Below, in pieces: positions 1-12,884 of a stretch of DNA of 60,000 nucleotides. The stretch lies in the NCBI GenBank assembly GCA_028534125.1, contig CM052818.1, forward strand, positions 14,324,001 through 14,384,000, given 5' to 3'. Numbering within the stretch: position 1 is the first letter of the stretch; the number at the start of each line of letters is the position of its first letter. The DNA is from Lama glama. Lineage: Eukaryota. Both the position numbers and the translations under genes were made by a program. The notes under the pieces were generated by a model. The model was not told where the DNA came from. It saw only the letters and a program-made list of their open reading frames with translations, and did no database searches.

Positions 1-5
1 TGACA

Positions 6-50
6 GAAGGAAAGAAGGAAGGGAAGGGGGGAAGGGAAAGAGGGAGGGAA
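6..50 (+). repeat. GA-rich polypurine low-complexity tract
   Basis: agaaggaaagaaggaagggaagggggg... purine-only run. Confidence 0.8.
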
Positions 51-1177
51 GCTTCCCCAAGTATTAAGTCTAATTTTATTTTTTTGTCTATTTTCAAACT
101 TCAATCTTTAATCATATATAACATCTGAGTGGTGGGGAGAGGAATACCAGCAGAAAATTCCCTCAAAAAAATCTCTGATTTAAAATAGAACAAAACCAGG
201 TAGAGAGGGGCACATTCTACTACAGAGACCTTGAGGATGCCAGGCCCTAGAGAGCTGAAAATATCAACTCATTTTCAATAAAGGATATGGAAATAACTCC
301 CAAAGTCTAGGGAAATACATTTAGGACACGTAAGCTATTAGGAAGACGATGGAATCCACTTTTCATTTTTTTTTAGGAATCCATTTATTTTTAATTTCCA
401 CTGAGAGAAGATGGACATATTAAGTTTACATCCTGCTCTGAACCTAATTAGTAAAACTTAAGGAACTGTTCTCTCACATGTCAATTTATTTCCTTGAATG
501 GAAAAGAAAGTACTAGGGAGAGACAAGAGGTCTGGCTGTCTTGGCAAGTTTGCTATACTCTGTAAAAGCTAAGAAGTTTACTGTTACATTTATTTCACAT
601 AATAGTTTGTAAATTCTTCTGGTGGTTACCTCCAGAAATTATGACATATACCCTTGACTCCCAAAAACTTAATGTTAATCCAGAAAGAACTTGGAACACT
701 TTAAGTCCATTTAGACCCTTTCTACTTCTAAGTTTTTAAACTTAACATACAGTCAGTGTTTATCTATGCACATATTTACCACCAGTCTTTTGGTTATCTC
801 TCGCCTTTCCAACTGGGATCACTGTAAGAGCGAGCTTCACAGGAAGCTGTCCCATATGCCGATGCCAAGCATTCCATTACAATATTTTGTTGTCAAGCAT
901 GTGATCCAATTACTTATTATACATGGAAGTGATGATAACAGGAGGTGCCTCTATAGCTCTTAAAGTCAACTTATGAACCATCCACATTTTATGCTTGGAG
1001 AGCAGCATCCCTGCATCACCCACACTGCCTACACGTTCTGTAAGGAGTAGTCAGCCCGCCAGACAGCCTTCCCCTACGCTTCAGCAGGAGGGCAGCAAAA
1101 CCAGAACAAAGAACAATGCTTTCAGACCAATCCGTAACCCATGCCGGCCAAGCCTCTTAAAATAAGATACAGCACTG

Positions 1178-1560
1178 TATTCATTTAAGAAATATTTACT
1201 GATGCCTGGTTTTGGCCAGATACTTTGATAGAAACTGGGTATTTAATGATGAATAAGTTAACATGATCCTGGTCCCTCAGAAGTTACTCCAGTCATAGGG
1301 AGGAGAGAGAGAAATAAATGCACGACCATAACACTTGAGTAGCAAGGACAATGATGGGGGAGGTACAGGCTGCGGGAGGAGAAGACTGGGAATAGGAGAT
1401 CAAGAAAAGTGTCTCAGGAAAATCGCTTCCAAACTGAGACCTGCAAGATGAGTAAGGGTCAAGCAAAGATGAGAAAACAGAACATTCCAGAAACTGCATG
1501 TGTAGAGGCCCAGAAATAAGAGAAACTAGGAGGGTAACTTCTGACCAAGCAGAAGCAAAG
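1178..1560 (-). mobile_element. L2 LINE 3' fragment
   Basis: attcatttaagaaatatttactgatgcc... resembles the reverse complement of the L2 3' end. Confidence 0.7.
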
Positions 1561-1689
1561 GCTAAGCTTCCTCTGTAGGAAGTCTCCACACTCTGGGCCA
1601 GCAGGATTCCCGCCAAACACAATGTTACCTACTGCAGAGGGAAAGAAACCACCATAAGGAAGAGTTGGGAGATAGCAAACAAGAGAACG

Positions 1690-1691
<2 letters not shown>

Positions 1692-1731
<40 letters not shown>
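1692..1731 (+). repeat. (CA)20 microsatellite
   Basis: Perfect CA run read directly. Confidence 0.98.
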
Positions 1732-1736
<5 letters not shown>

Positions 1737-2059
1737 AGCCAAAGACTTGGAAATAACAGAACAATCTGAAAGATTCTAAATATATTTAAAGTCAATAAAA
1801 AGATAAAAGGTATAGACACCACATGGCAAAAAGAATACAGAAGAAAACAGAAGAGAACTAAAACTCAGACTGAATTTGTAGAAGTGAAAAATATCATCAT
1901 TGACATTCAAAACCAACGCAAGACTTCTGGTTATAAAACATGTATCTATGCTTCTTCCTAAAACCAAACTAAAAAGATAGGGAGTTCTTTTAAAAGATAT
2001 AAACTCACAAAGAGAATAGGAGAGGAGAAAATACACAAGAGAAACTTAAAAAAAAAAAA

Positions 2060-2860
2060 AGGAGCCAGAAAGCAAATGATTAAGTGATGACTGATTTCAG
2101 AGCCCTAGGAAAGCTGAAATCTGAGCCTGCCAGGGTGGGAGTGGGAGGAGGGAGGGGGAAGCGGAAAGAAGCAGCCCGTTCACAGCCAGGAACCTGGAAA
2201 GGCTCGGGGCTTGGAGAGTGAGGCAGCCCTGCAGGCGGGAGCGGAGGGAGGGTGGGGGCCGGCAGAGGACCAGCTGAGAGTTTGTTTAGAGTTAGCCCCC
2301 CAGATGCCCTCCTCCCACCCCAGCGGACGTCTGGAGAGTTGCTTTCTAGGGAGGCTGCCCAGCTGAAGAGAGCATTGAGGCCCCTGCAGGGGGTCAAGCA
2401 AGAGTCTGCTTCACCACAGAGCCCTCCCCACTCGGCTCCTGCACCCGGCATTTAGGCTTAGAGCCACCCATCCCACCCGCAGGCAAGAGACTGATTCGGG
2501 GATTTCTTTCCAGGGAGACTGGCCAACAGCAGAGAAAATACCTCTCAGTTCCAACATTTTCTCATCCTTCAGGGAAAAGGCTGGCCCACCACCTTAGCAA
2601 CCTATGGTGAAGCCGCTCAGCAAACCCTACCCCCACACTGAGCGCACCACCAGCTTTTCAGAGTCTTGCTCTTAAACACAAAAGAGAGCTAAAGCCTGCG
2701 CAACGTGAGATGAAAGCCTTGAACCTGAAAGCAAACACCAACGCGAATACATAGGAAGGAAAAATGGAATGCTGAGGTAACAGAGACAATGAAGGGGACA
2801 GAAGAAAATTTAAAAACAAACAACGTAGTTAACATCCTCAGAGAAATGAGAGAAATGTTT
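2060..2860 (+). mobile_element. Probable ancient L1 (L1M-class) 5' UTR / ORF1-start remnant
   Basis: GC-rich block grading into A-rich ORF1-like sequence (aacatcctcagagaaatgagagaa), flanked by other L1 remnants. Confidence 0.4.
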
Positions 2861-3320
2861 AAGAATGTTCAAAGAGGCATTCCTTCTAGTAGCCCCAAAC
2901 CAGAAACAACCCAGATGTCCAGGAGCGAGGAGAGAAGGCTATGTTCACACAACAGAATACCATACAGATACAATAAAAGGAATGAACTACATGCAACAAC
3001 ACACATGAATCTCACCGACTGCTGAGCAACTCAACCCCCCACAAAACAGCACATACTATATGATTCACTTTACATAAAGTTCACCAACAGGGAAAACTTG
3101 TCTACAAGAGAGGGGTCAGAATGGTGGTTATTTTCCAGAGCAGAGAATGACTGGGAGGTGGCAGGTGAGAGGTTCTGGAGTGCAGGGATGTTTTATTTCT
3201 TGATCTGTGTGGTGGTTACATGGGTGTATTCACTTTGCTAAATTTCATCAAGCTGAATACTGACAATTTGTTTGCTTTGTTATATATGTATACTTGAATT
3301 TTAAAGTTCACAAAAAATGT
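2860..3320 (+). mobile_element. Old L1 (L1ME-like) 3' end
   Basis: Diagnostic motifs: aaaccagaaacaacccagatgtcc, aatgaactac..atgcaacaacacacatgaatctcac, tttcttgatctgtgtggtggttacatgggtgt. Confidence 0.8.
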
Positions 3321-4207
3321 AAACAGAGACTTGGTGTCAATCGTGGGCAATTTTTTCTTTTGGCCTTACTTCCAAAATTTTGTTTCATGAGCAGATATGA
3401 ATATAATAGGGGGAAAAGCAACTCTTAAAAAATAGCAGAACCGAGATTCTGTGAGGTTCCCACCAAATCTAAGTACGGTGTGTAATTTAAACACAGTGTA
3501 AGTGAATAACATTGGGTTGCTAGACAAGCTGAAAGTGATGACCTAGAATGTATTCATTCTTAAGGTGGGGTAGAACAAATAAAGGTCTGGAAGCCTAAGT
3601 TACAAATAGAGGATGTTAAAGTTTACCTTCAAAATAGTTAACCATGTGATAGACAAACCTTTAAAGCATTTTGGGTATCGTTACAAGACCAAAAATTCAA
3701 TTGCCCTTTTTCCTTAAAATTTGATTACAAAGTTCACATCCTATTTTTGATACTCTGACTGCTTTAGCTCTCTGAAAGCAAACTGAAGGCACTTACTATC
3801 TGAAAAATAACAATAAACAGCCTGATACCTTCTGCACAACAAACCCTGCATGATGAATCAGAAACCTTTTAGGCTACCGTATGCCAACATGGAATAACAT
3901 AGTCTGTCTGAACTGAAAAATAAATTTTGAATATAACCCTGTGAGATAACTTCAGGGATTTTTAAAAAATGAACCTAACACTTAATAAGGATACGGGGGA
4001 AGGGGCTGTGAGGAGGGATGTGTGTCCTGTGTGCTGCAGGGCATTTGTCCTTCCTCTTGGAAATTTCTCTTTCTTTAAACATGATCATACGTTTTCTCTT
4101 TTTCTAGAAGTAGAAGCTCTAATTTAATCCTCTCTGTTCCCTTATGTTTTGCATAAAATAACTAAGGTTCCTTGTGAACTTTCTACTCAGTATTCTAAAG
4201 GGAATCT

Positions 4208-4562
4208 CTTTTTTAAATATTTTTCAAGTATAGTTGATTTACTGTGTTAGTTTCAGATGTACAGCAAAGTGATTTAGTTACACATATCCATACATATATA
4301 TTTTTCTTTTCCATGATATGTTATTACAAGATATTGTATATAGTCCCTGTGCTATACAGTAGGAACTTGCTGTTTATTTATTTTATATATAGTAATGTGT
4401 ATCTGTTAATCCCATACTCCTAATTTATCCTTCCCCTGCCCTTTCCCCTTTGGTAACCATAGTTTGTTTTCTATGTCCGTGATTCTGTTTTTGGTTTGTA
4501 AATAGAATTTGTATCATTTTTTTTAGATTCCACATACCAGTGATATCATATGATATTTGTCT
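4208..4562 (-). mobile_element. 5'-truncated artiodactyl-type L1 3' end with 15-bp TSD TTCTAAAGGGAATCT (4193-4207 / 4563-4577)
   Basis: aagtatagttgatttac...tacagcaaagtgattt...ccctgtgctatacagtagg...ttagattccacat; flanking direct repeats seen directly. Confidence 0.9.
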
Positions 4563-4934
4563 TTCTAAAGGGAATCTTCTGTTCAGATGCTTCCATTTTA
4601 TCCATACTCCACTAGAGCCCTCCGAGGTAAGAAGCAGCTCATGCTCAAACTCCCTTACACCTTTGTGTGTTCCTCAGGAATTAATCCAAGGAAGTGATCC
4701 CCGTCTTCCACACAACAGGTAGGTTTCATATTTGCCAGTAAATATGCCCCATATCATTCTGCTCTCTGCCTAAGTAAACTGTCTTTGTTACCATAAAAAT
4801 GACCCTGATTCTCAACCTAAAATGGTATTAGGGAAGTGACCACCCTTTTCCAAACAGGGCTCCCTGGATTTAGTATTCTGAATACTTTAAGCTCAGTCCT
4901 CTATCATTTTCCAGACTTTCTTGTGACTACCACT

Positions 4935-5510
4935 TTGAAATATCTGCTGTTTTGGTAAACCCTGCATTTCTGTCTCCTTCTGATAATGACACTTCTCCCT
5001 TTTGGTAGGAATTAACCTTTCCCCATCCCATGTGGTTCTGGGAGGACTCCCAATCAGTTCCTCACATTGGCTAGACAACCAGGATACCTGATTCTTGGCT
5101 GCAGTGATAGGTTGAAAGGATGGGCACATGACCCACACAAGGCCAATCAGAGTGTGCTTCCCTGTAATTTTATAGGCTAGTGCTGGAAAAGCTCCTTTGT
5201 CCTCTGAGGTGTCTAGCTGAGAGGCTGGAAGCCTGCATCCATCCTTGGCCATGGCATCACTAGGCAGCCCACTCCCATAGCTTGAAAGAAATACGTCAGT
5301 GAAAGGAGGGAATGAGGCCAATGACCAGAGAGAAACACAACCAAGAGATGGAGAAAATCTAAGAGAGATATTGACAATGTCATTTGAGTCCCTGTAGGAC
5401 AATGTCAACACCAATCTAGAATTTTCCACTGACATAAACCACTAAATTCCTTTGTTTCCTCAGGCCAATTTAAATTGGCTTCTGTTATCTTGAACCAAAG
5501 TCTTAAATCA
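4935..5510 (+). mobile_element. Ancient ERVL-class solo LTR (LTR16/LTR33-like)
   Basis: gggcacatgaccca..ggccaatcagagt motif and 3' end taaattcctttg...ttggcttctgttatcttgaaccaaagtc. Confidence 0.65.
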
Positions 5511-6159
5511 CCAAAACTCTGCGGTGGTGGGGATGCCAGTCACTAGCTGCTCTCACCAACTCCTTATAGCTAACCAGAGACATGACTATCTCAGGGCGTG
5601 GACTGACTGGAGCAAGTGGCCGTGGATTCATTCTGAATGGGAGATTTCCAGGTCTAAAAAGAGAATCCAGTCCCAGGAGCCAAAGATTGCCAATCTGCAT
5701 GTCCCCTGGGTTCTCTCTGGGCCACACCCAGAAGCCAGACTCCAGGTTTCTGGGCGGCAGGGTTCAGGGGACGGTTTGCAATAACCTGTGGACAGTCACA
5801 GGGTCGGCCCTGGGCTGAGGCGTGTGTTTCTGTCACCATCAGTGCCTTTTCCATGTAAAGGAACTGATCCTTCCAACTTCCAGAAACAAGTGATGGGGAT
5901 TGTTACCTCTGCTTTCAGCAGGTCCATCAAGAAAAAAAAGTTGATCTGGACCTAGAACCAAGCAGAAGTTCTTAGGAGAAGAGGCCAAGATTTTTCAACA
6001 GGGACACTCTGAGAGCCACGAATAGATATACCTTCATGGGTATTCACGTTAGACTTATTATTAGAAAATATCCCTGACTCTCACCACCAGATGACAATAA
6101 CTGAGTGACAAAAACAGGCCAGACAATTCGGCAAATGGTACATGGGGCAACAGGGGCCT

Positions 6160-6380
6160 GGGGCGAGAGAGGCCTGGGTTTGAACCCTAGCTTGACAGTT
6201 ATGAGCTCTTGCCCTGGGGCAAATTACTTAAATTCTCTAGGCCTCAGTTTCTTCTTTAGGAAAAAAGGAATAATAGGATTTATAGGATTTATAAAACCTT
6301 AAGGATTTATAATGAGGGATAAATAAGATAAAGTACACCAAACGCTCAGCAAAGTGCCCAGCACAGAATAATACATTATT
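6160..6380 (+). mobile_element. MIR SINE
   Basis: cctgggtttgaaccctagct...ggcaaattacttaa..ctctaggcctcagtttc core. Confidence 0.8.
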
Positions 6381-6724
6381 AACCAATGAAATACAAACAA
6401 AATGTTGATTTTTATCTTCTCTCTGCATCAACAATATATGAGTAGAACTCTTCTATAGGCAGTATCATAAAATAAATCCTTATTTATAACATTATGATAG
6501 CACATATGGAATCATTAAGCCAAAGATATTTGAATATAATATTTATTATTGAGTATTTTAATTGACTGTATTTCTGTGTGTCTTCACATGTATAGATGTA
6601 GGCATCACCATTCAAAGGACTAAACAAAAAGGAAGAAACTTCATGTTTGTTGTCGTCCAGAAATACCTGACTTTCTTAAATTATAAGATTTCTACACTTT
6701 CTGACTTCTGGAGAGTTAAAATTA

Positions 6725-6986
6725 ATCTGATACCAGATTAGCAGAAGTTGTAGAGGAATGTCACTCTCCTACACATACATTGGTACATCTCTTCTGGGGA
6801 GGCAGTTTGTCAGTATCTATCACAATATAACATGTATATATTCTTCAGTCCTGGCCATTCTACTTCTAGAAACATCAGCTACAGAAATATCCATGCATAA
6901 GCTCTACAAAGCATATATAAGGATATCTGCTACAGTATTGCTTTTACTATAGGATACTGGACACGAGGTGTGTATATACATGTATG

Positions 6987-7017
<31 letters not shown>

Positions 7018-7075
7018 ATAATCATAGTATATATATTATAGTATAGTGGACAAAATGCCCATCAGCAGGAATGCT
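6725..7075 (+). mobile_element. Old L1 3' fragment interrupted by an imperfect (TG)n microsatellite (~6985-7017)
   Basis: ggcagtttgtcagtatctatc...ccattctacttctagaaa; TG run read directly. Confidence 0.65.
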
Positions 7076-10000
7076 GAGACATAAAACAGAGACTGAGCTG
7101 ACAAACTAGAAGTCCAGAAGTTCTTCCAGAAGCCACATGTAGGTGAACGCTGGCCTCTGAATCATTCAACAGAAATTTATTGAGTGTCTTCCCCATGCCA
7201 GGCCTTGTGCTAGGCATATGAGGACAACGATGACCAAGACAGACCCTGGCCCTTTAGCCAGAAGAGGAAAACCCAAAACCAGATTCCATATTCTCCCACC
7301 CAAGTAGGTTCTTATATGACTGTTTTTAATAACACCCATGATTTTTAGTTTGTAACTTCAACTAAGGGTCATTTATTTAAAAATTATGCCCACTGAAAGC
7401 ACCAGAGCACACTTTTGTATGAAAACGAAATAGATCTTTATTGAGTCTTTCTTTGGCATCATATAATCATAGTTCTGATAATTTCTTATGTCATCTTACT
7501 GTTTACTTCTCCTGAACTTACTGCCAAATAGCTGTAATTTCTTTTTGGTGGCTTGCCAAAAATCTATAAACAATTTTGCCCTTTATAATGTTTGTAGTAA
7601 ACCACACTAAAAGGAATCAGTGTCCTTTAACATTACTGAAACACCTTGCACGTATTAAAGTGAAATTTTCTTAACCTATAAGTTATAAAAAATATAACCA
7701 GGCACAAAATTAGGGTGAGAAATAATGGCTCAGTTCTGTAGTCCAAGTGCTAATATAAAGTAGTACTCCTAGGTAAGTTTCTGTAATTTAGTTATGAATA
7801 AACAAAATTAAAACTAGATACTAATAGAAACAAGAACTGTTTAACATCCTCCCACATATACCTCAAGGTTCTTTTCCCTCATAATTTCACATATTTCAAG
7901 GATAAATAACAAGCCATAAAATCAACTACGCCAATTAATATAACTTTGTTTAGGGCCCAAATAAAATAAAACAAAGAGCCTGAAATAATTTACTAAGTTC
8001 TTGTTTCCCTTACCATTTCCACTTTTTATTGCTATTTCCATCTTAAATGAGAATTAAGGTCATTCACTATGTGGGCTTCAGACATACATGTAGTTTCCCC
8101 ATAAAGTAGTGACAAGCAAGATTATAGCAGAAACCTACAGAGAGCTAACAATTTAGTTTTCTGTCATTTCACAAATATTTGTTTAGTTCCCATATTGGGG
8201 TTTTGGGAACCCCCAAATAAGGCTAGTCTAAATTTTTTTTAAGTTGAGTTTTAACATCTCATTATTAACTTCCACTCGTCTGAATTTCTGGGAGCTGGTC
8301 TTGTTGTAATGTACTTTCTGGCTACCTATTTTCATTTGCTACCACCGAAATATCCATCTAGCAGACCTTTTACCTTATTATCCAGAAAGTACACTTAGTA
8401 TAAAAAAGAAGGATGCCTTTTGCTATATGTGCTTCTTTTGTGGTTAAGGAAGCTGAAGTGGCCTGCTCTGAGTATGTGAGGACCTTAGACTCACGAGTCA
8501 CTGTATAGGATGGTGTAATTATGAAAACATTTTATCCACCAACATGGTGGAGACATTTGGTGAAGTTCTAGAATTATTATTATTAATACCTTACACATAT
8601 TTACCAAAATGTTGCATATCTCCTTGATATTTTTAAAAATCACTTTTTAAAATCCTACCATTAAAATTCCTAAGAATGCTTAAGGGAGAAGGTCAAGGAT
8701 GTGTGTTCACTTCAGATGAGCATAGGCTGTGGAAAATACACAGCGCTCATATTGTGATCTCTTTGATGTGCATACAGGGCAGGAGAAAAGTAACTCAGAC
8801 ATCCAAAAACTGACAATCTGGAATCACTTCTGGGATGCTAAGTGGTTGCCTCCTTGATGTGGCACCTCTGCGTGATCACTCGTGACAAGCTACTGCTCAG
8901 TACCTTCACTAATTTACTGCTGGAAATATGATTTCACTCTTTCGTGGCACCCAGAAGGGAAAATCTAGCTGCTAAATTAGCTTCTGAGATTCGAAAGAGA
9001 TTTAAGTGAAACTAGGTCACGTATGGAATTAAATATACCTATAAACAGATAATCATTTTCCATCTATAAAATAACCAAAAATACTATCACTTAAAGAGAA
9101 AATCTGCTCTAGCTCAGGAAAAAAAAGGCAAAGCTCTGAATTATATGAAATTTGAGCCTATAATTTAGTCTTTGCAGTGTGACAGAGTATAAGGATTAAT
9201 AAACAAACCAAAACAACAAAAAGCCCCAAACAAACCTGTTTTCCTTTCCTTTATTTTGTTTATTTATTTTATTTGTTTTGCCAAAGCACTTAAACAGTAT
9301 GTTGTGTAAATCTCGAAAAGAAATAATAAATCACTATGAAACCAGAAGAAATCACAAGCCTGGGCTTAGGAAAACAGTAAATAGATTTTTAAACCTCTGA
9401 TTTGTGGCTCCCTTAAAGCAGATATGCCTCTTGGTGAAAGATAGTTTTGGGAGGAAGAGACGCAGTTGGTGGTCAACTCGCACCTTCGTTCAGTATGCGC
9501 TACTGAAACAGATGGCATCTGGGGGGTGCTTAATTTCCCAGAATAGGTGCCTGTGAGCCAGATGCCTCTCAAATCTTCCAGATCTCAGGAAGCGTTCTGC
9601 CCAAGTACGGGGGAACATAGCCCTAATTAGGCTACACTTTCCTGTTGTCTCCACATTTTCATTCTTACTCATTGTTCCAGCAATCTGGGTTCTGCCCCTA
9701 CACGATGGCAATGAAAATGCTCTTCCTTTGACCTCTTTTGAGTCCCAGTCCTGGTCCCTCCCTTTGCTGGGCTCCAGCACCCCTCACCACCAGCCCCACC
9801 AAAACACACACAGAGACAGGCCTTTGCCCCCTCCACCCCTTGCCTTCCAAGTCCCTGCACTCCCTCAGTTCTTCCTGTCACTCTGCTCTGCCCCTTCTCA
9901 GGCCCTTTTGTGTTCCTTCTCCTTTCCTGAAAACTTAAAGGTAAAGGTGTAGCCCAGGGTTCTGTCTTAAGCCCTTGTCCTTTTCACTTCTCATGCCCTC

Positions 10001-10373
10001 CTTTGATCTCACACATATGACGATCACCAGGAGGGTCTCCTAGCGGGCACTCAGCCAACGTCTGGGAGAAGGCTCACACCCTCATCCACTCTGGCGGCCA
10101 CCCACAGAAGAGACTGTCTCATCTGGACCTCTGACCACCAGGTCCCTCCCATGAATGGCTTAAAGACTACAATTCCCATGAATGGGTTGGAGGCTTTGAC
10201 TCTAGCTCAACATTTTCCACATGTGATTATTTAAGGTAATTGCAGCTCTCTGTGTCTCTCCCTTCTGGTTCATAGCCTCCACAGAACAGAAGGTGCATGG
10301 GTTCAAAGCTGAGTCAGTCTGTCAGTTACTAGCTATATAACTATACCTTTGAATTCTGCAGGATTAAAGGGGA

Positions 10374-10376
<3 letters not shown>

Positions 10377-10416
<40 letters not shown>
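10377..10416 (+). repeat. (TA)20 microsatellite followed by TA/TG-rich low complexity to ~10490
   Basis: Read directly. Confidence 0.95.
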
Positions 10417-10422
<6 letters not shown>

Positions 10423-10544
10423 AACTATTTATCTGTATGTATACGTATATATATGTGTGTGTGTGTAGGTGTATATATACATATATATTTAAACTTACTC
10501 AGGGCTTACTGAGGGTTTTTTTTCCCTTTCTTTCTCTTTAACTT

Positions 10545-10715
10545 ACTTTGCAAAGCTCCTTATATGCTTTATTTAATTGAATTCTCCTAATAACCTATCA
10601 GTAAATCTAGAGGAAGAAGCTGAGGCCAGCTGGGTAACAACCAGTAAGTGGTAGAATCAGATTCAAACCTAGGTCTGTGGGCTCTAAAGTTCTAGTTCTT
10701 TTACCATGTAGAGTG
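10545..10715 (-). mobile_element. MIR SINE
   Basis: gaggaagaagctgaggcc...gtaagtggtagaatcagattcaaacctaggtctg. Confidence 0.75.
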
Positions 10716-10759
10716 CCTCCAGGATGCAGAGGGGCCAGTAGGCTGGGTGAGTGGGGTGA

Positions 10760-11218
10760 GGAGATACACAAGTGGAGAACTGTAGCATAGCATGAGAAGT
10801 GCTGTTCTAAGAGTGGTATGGAGAAAATGTCATGGGGGTCCTGAGGAAAGAGACACTGATTCTGTCTCAAGAAATCAGGGAGGGCTTCACAGAGACAGTG
10901 TGTTGGAGTTGCCTCTTGGACGACGTGATTCTTCTCCACAGACAGCCCGGGTAGGCCATCCTAAGCAGTAGGGTCGTGTGCAGTAACAGAGAGATGGAAC
11001 CATTTGAGTCACAGCCAGGAGTATGGTGTGATGGGAGCAAAAGTGAGGGAGGGTGGGGAACAGAGCTGTCGTAGGAGATGATGGCCAAAAGGTAAGGTGG
11101 GGCCAGACCCGAGTGTCTGCAGCCCACTCCAGAAGCAATATAGCTGGCAGGACTTTTGAAACAGGGCAGGAATAGATGGGATCTGTACTTTGAAGGCTAC
11201 CCCAGTGCTAGCATAGTG
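10760..11218 (-). mobile_element. L2 LINE fragment (left half of a split element)
   Basis: aaatcagggagggcttcacagag...gggccagacc...ggacttttgaaacaggg. Confidence 0.7.
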
Positions 11219-11266
11219 CAAGGGTTCTGGAACTCAGAACCACTTGGAAGCTTTTTTTTTTTTTTT

Positions 11267-11945
11267 ACTGATTTCGTTTGTCCCATTACCGTGAATGTTT
11301 GATCATCGGGTTAAGGTGGTGTCTGCCAGTCTTGTCCACCGTCCTTTGTAATGAGTAAGTATCTTGTGGCAAAGTACTATGTAAACATCAGTTTCCTCAA
11401 CAAACTTTCACCGCTAGTTACAACATCTATTGATTTTCCAATTCCAACTCCATCATTCCATCTGTATTTAACAATTGATGTCCTACTCAAGGAAGAGCTT
11501 TTTCTTCTCCCCATTAGTTATTTCTACCACTGCAACTATATGGATTTTTATTTTATTCCATGGATTATAATTCATGCTCAAATTATCCCAGATGTGACAG
11601 TGGAAGTCCCTTAAAGCTGGCTTTTAGGTCATTTCAATATCCTTCCTTATTCTTTGAGTACAGCAGTACTTTCTAGCGCAAGAAGCTATTTCAGACTTGT
11701 CTTGTGTTCTCCCTCCCCCAGGCCTGGAATCAGCCATTTTTATAAGGAGTTCTGATGCTTTGTTGTGGAGAATGGTATTTAGAAACACATTCTGGGTGCT
11801 AGGTGTGTTCCTGCTATTGAGGTGTCATTGCTTGTCAGCGCTCTCAACAAAAGAAGCAGGGAAAGCTGGTGCATGTGTGTGTGTGTGTACATGTGCGTGC
11901 ATGCGTGAGCATAGTTATATACACCTTTATCTAAATTTCTATGGG
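11267..11945 (-). mobile_element. L1MC4/5-like 3' region
   Basis: tttgatcat.gggttaaggtggtgtctgccag...ggcctggaatcagccattt...ggagaatggtatttagaaac..tctgggtgctaggtgtg. Confidence 0.8.
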
Positions 11946-11949
11946 ACAT

Positions 11950-12072
11950 GTTTTCAAAATATACATTTGGGGGACTCCAAGCCAGACCTTCTGAATTAGA
12001 ATCTCTAGAAGTGGGCTCATAAATCTGTTTTTTGTTTTTTGTTTTTGTTTTTTAGCTTAGCCAGGTTTTCAA
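11950..12072. mobile_element. MER5-like hAT-Charlie MITE, right half; left half at ~11219-11251
   Basis: ccagaccttctgaattagaatctctagaagtgggctcataaatctgtttt; left half cagaaccacttggaagct. Confidence 0.65.
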
Positions 12073-12290
12073 ACAGAGGATTGACTAGGGGAGTGATAGC
12101 AGAGGCAAGAAGACCAGTTAGGAAACTGCTACAACTGCCCCAACATAGGTGGACCAGGGTGTGAACTAGGGCGGAGGCGGCAAGAGAAGGGGGAATGTGG
12201 TGAACTGAACTTGGGGCTGGCGGATACTGGAGATGGAGGAGGAGGGAGAGATGGGCACTGATGGCTCCCTGCTCGGAGAACTGCTGTCGC
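12073..12290 (-). mobile_element. L2 LINE fragment (continuation of 10760-11218)
   Basis: gaggcaagaagaccagttaggaaactgctac...gaactagggcggaggc. Confidence 0.7.
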
Positions 12291-12884
12291 TGAGGCCAGC
12301 ACTCTGTCATTTACACAGTAAGCACTGAACACAGGCTTATTTAATTAAATATCTCCCCACTTTTCCCCTATATGTAAAAACCCAAGTGACATTCTGGGAA
12401 GAAAATAATTATGAAACATTCTAGAATTTACATCTCCTCCACTGTATTTTATCATATGGACTAAAAGCTGAGTGTTACTCAGGGCAGGAGAATGACTTAC
12501 GAGTTCACTGTCGGCTGGCCAGGCTCTCACATAGACAGACATGGCCTGGCCAAAGTGACTGTGTTCTCATCTACTATGCAGAATAATAGACCTGGAAGGC
12601 TTTTTACCAAGGAGCAATGTCTGTGACAATCTCTCTTATTGTCCAAAAAACAAAATAAAAAAGAGCTAGACTTTGTTAGAGATAAAAGTCATTAAACTGA
12701 GATGACTGCAGCATAAAACTCACTCGGGCATGAGCACAATACATAAAGGAGATGTAAGAAGAAAAGTAAAGGTAAAAGGAAATGGCCCTTGGCGTTCTAA
12801 CTGCTTAACGGAACGTTTAAACCCCAGATAAAAGTATAAGCCAGAGAAAACTAATCATTCCCAGTGTTTCTGTAGCAAAAACAA

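Noticed and set aside
4893..5435. 180-aa minus-strand ORF
   Set aside because: Lies within an ancient LTR; no recognisable domain
8186..8220. Overlapping short inverted repeats (GTTCCCA/TGGGAAC, TTGGGG/CCCCAA)
   Set aside because: Stems of 6-7 bp are expected by chance in 60 kb; too short for a pre-miRNA
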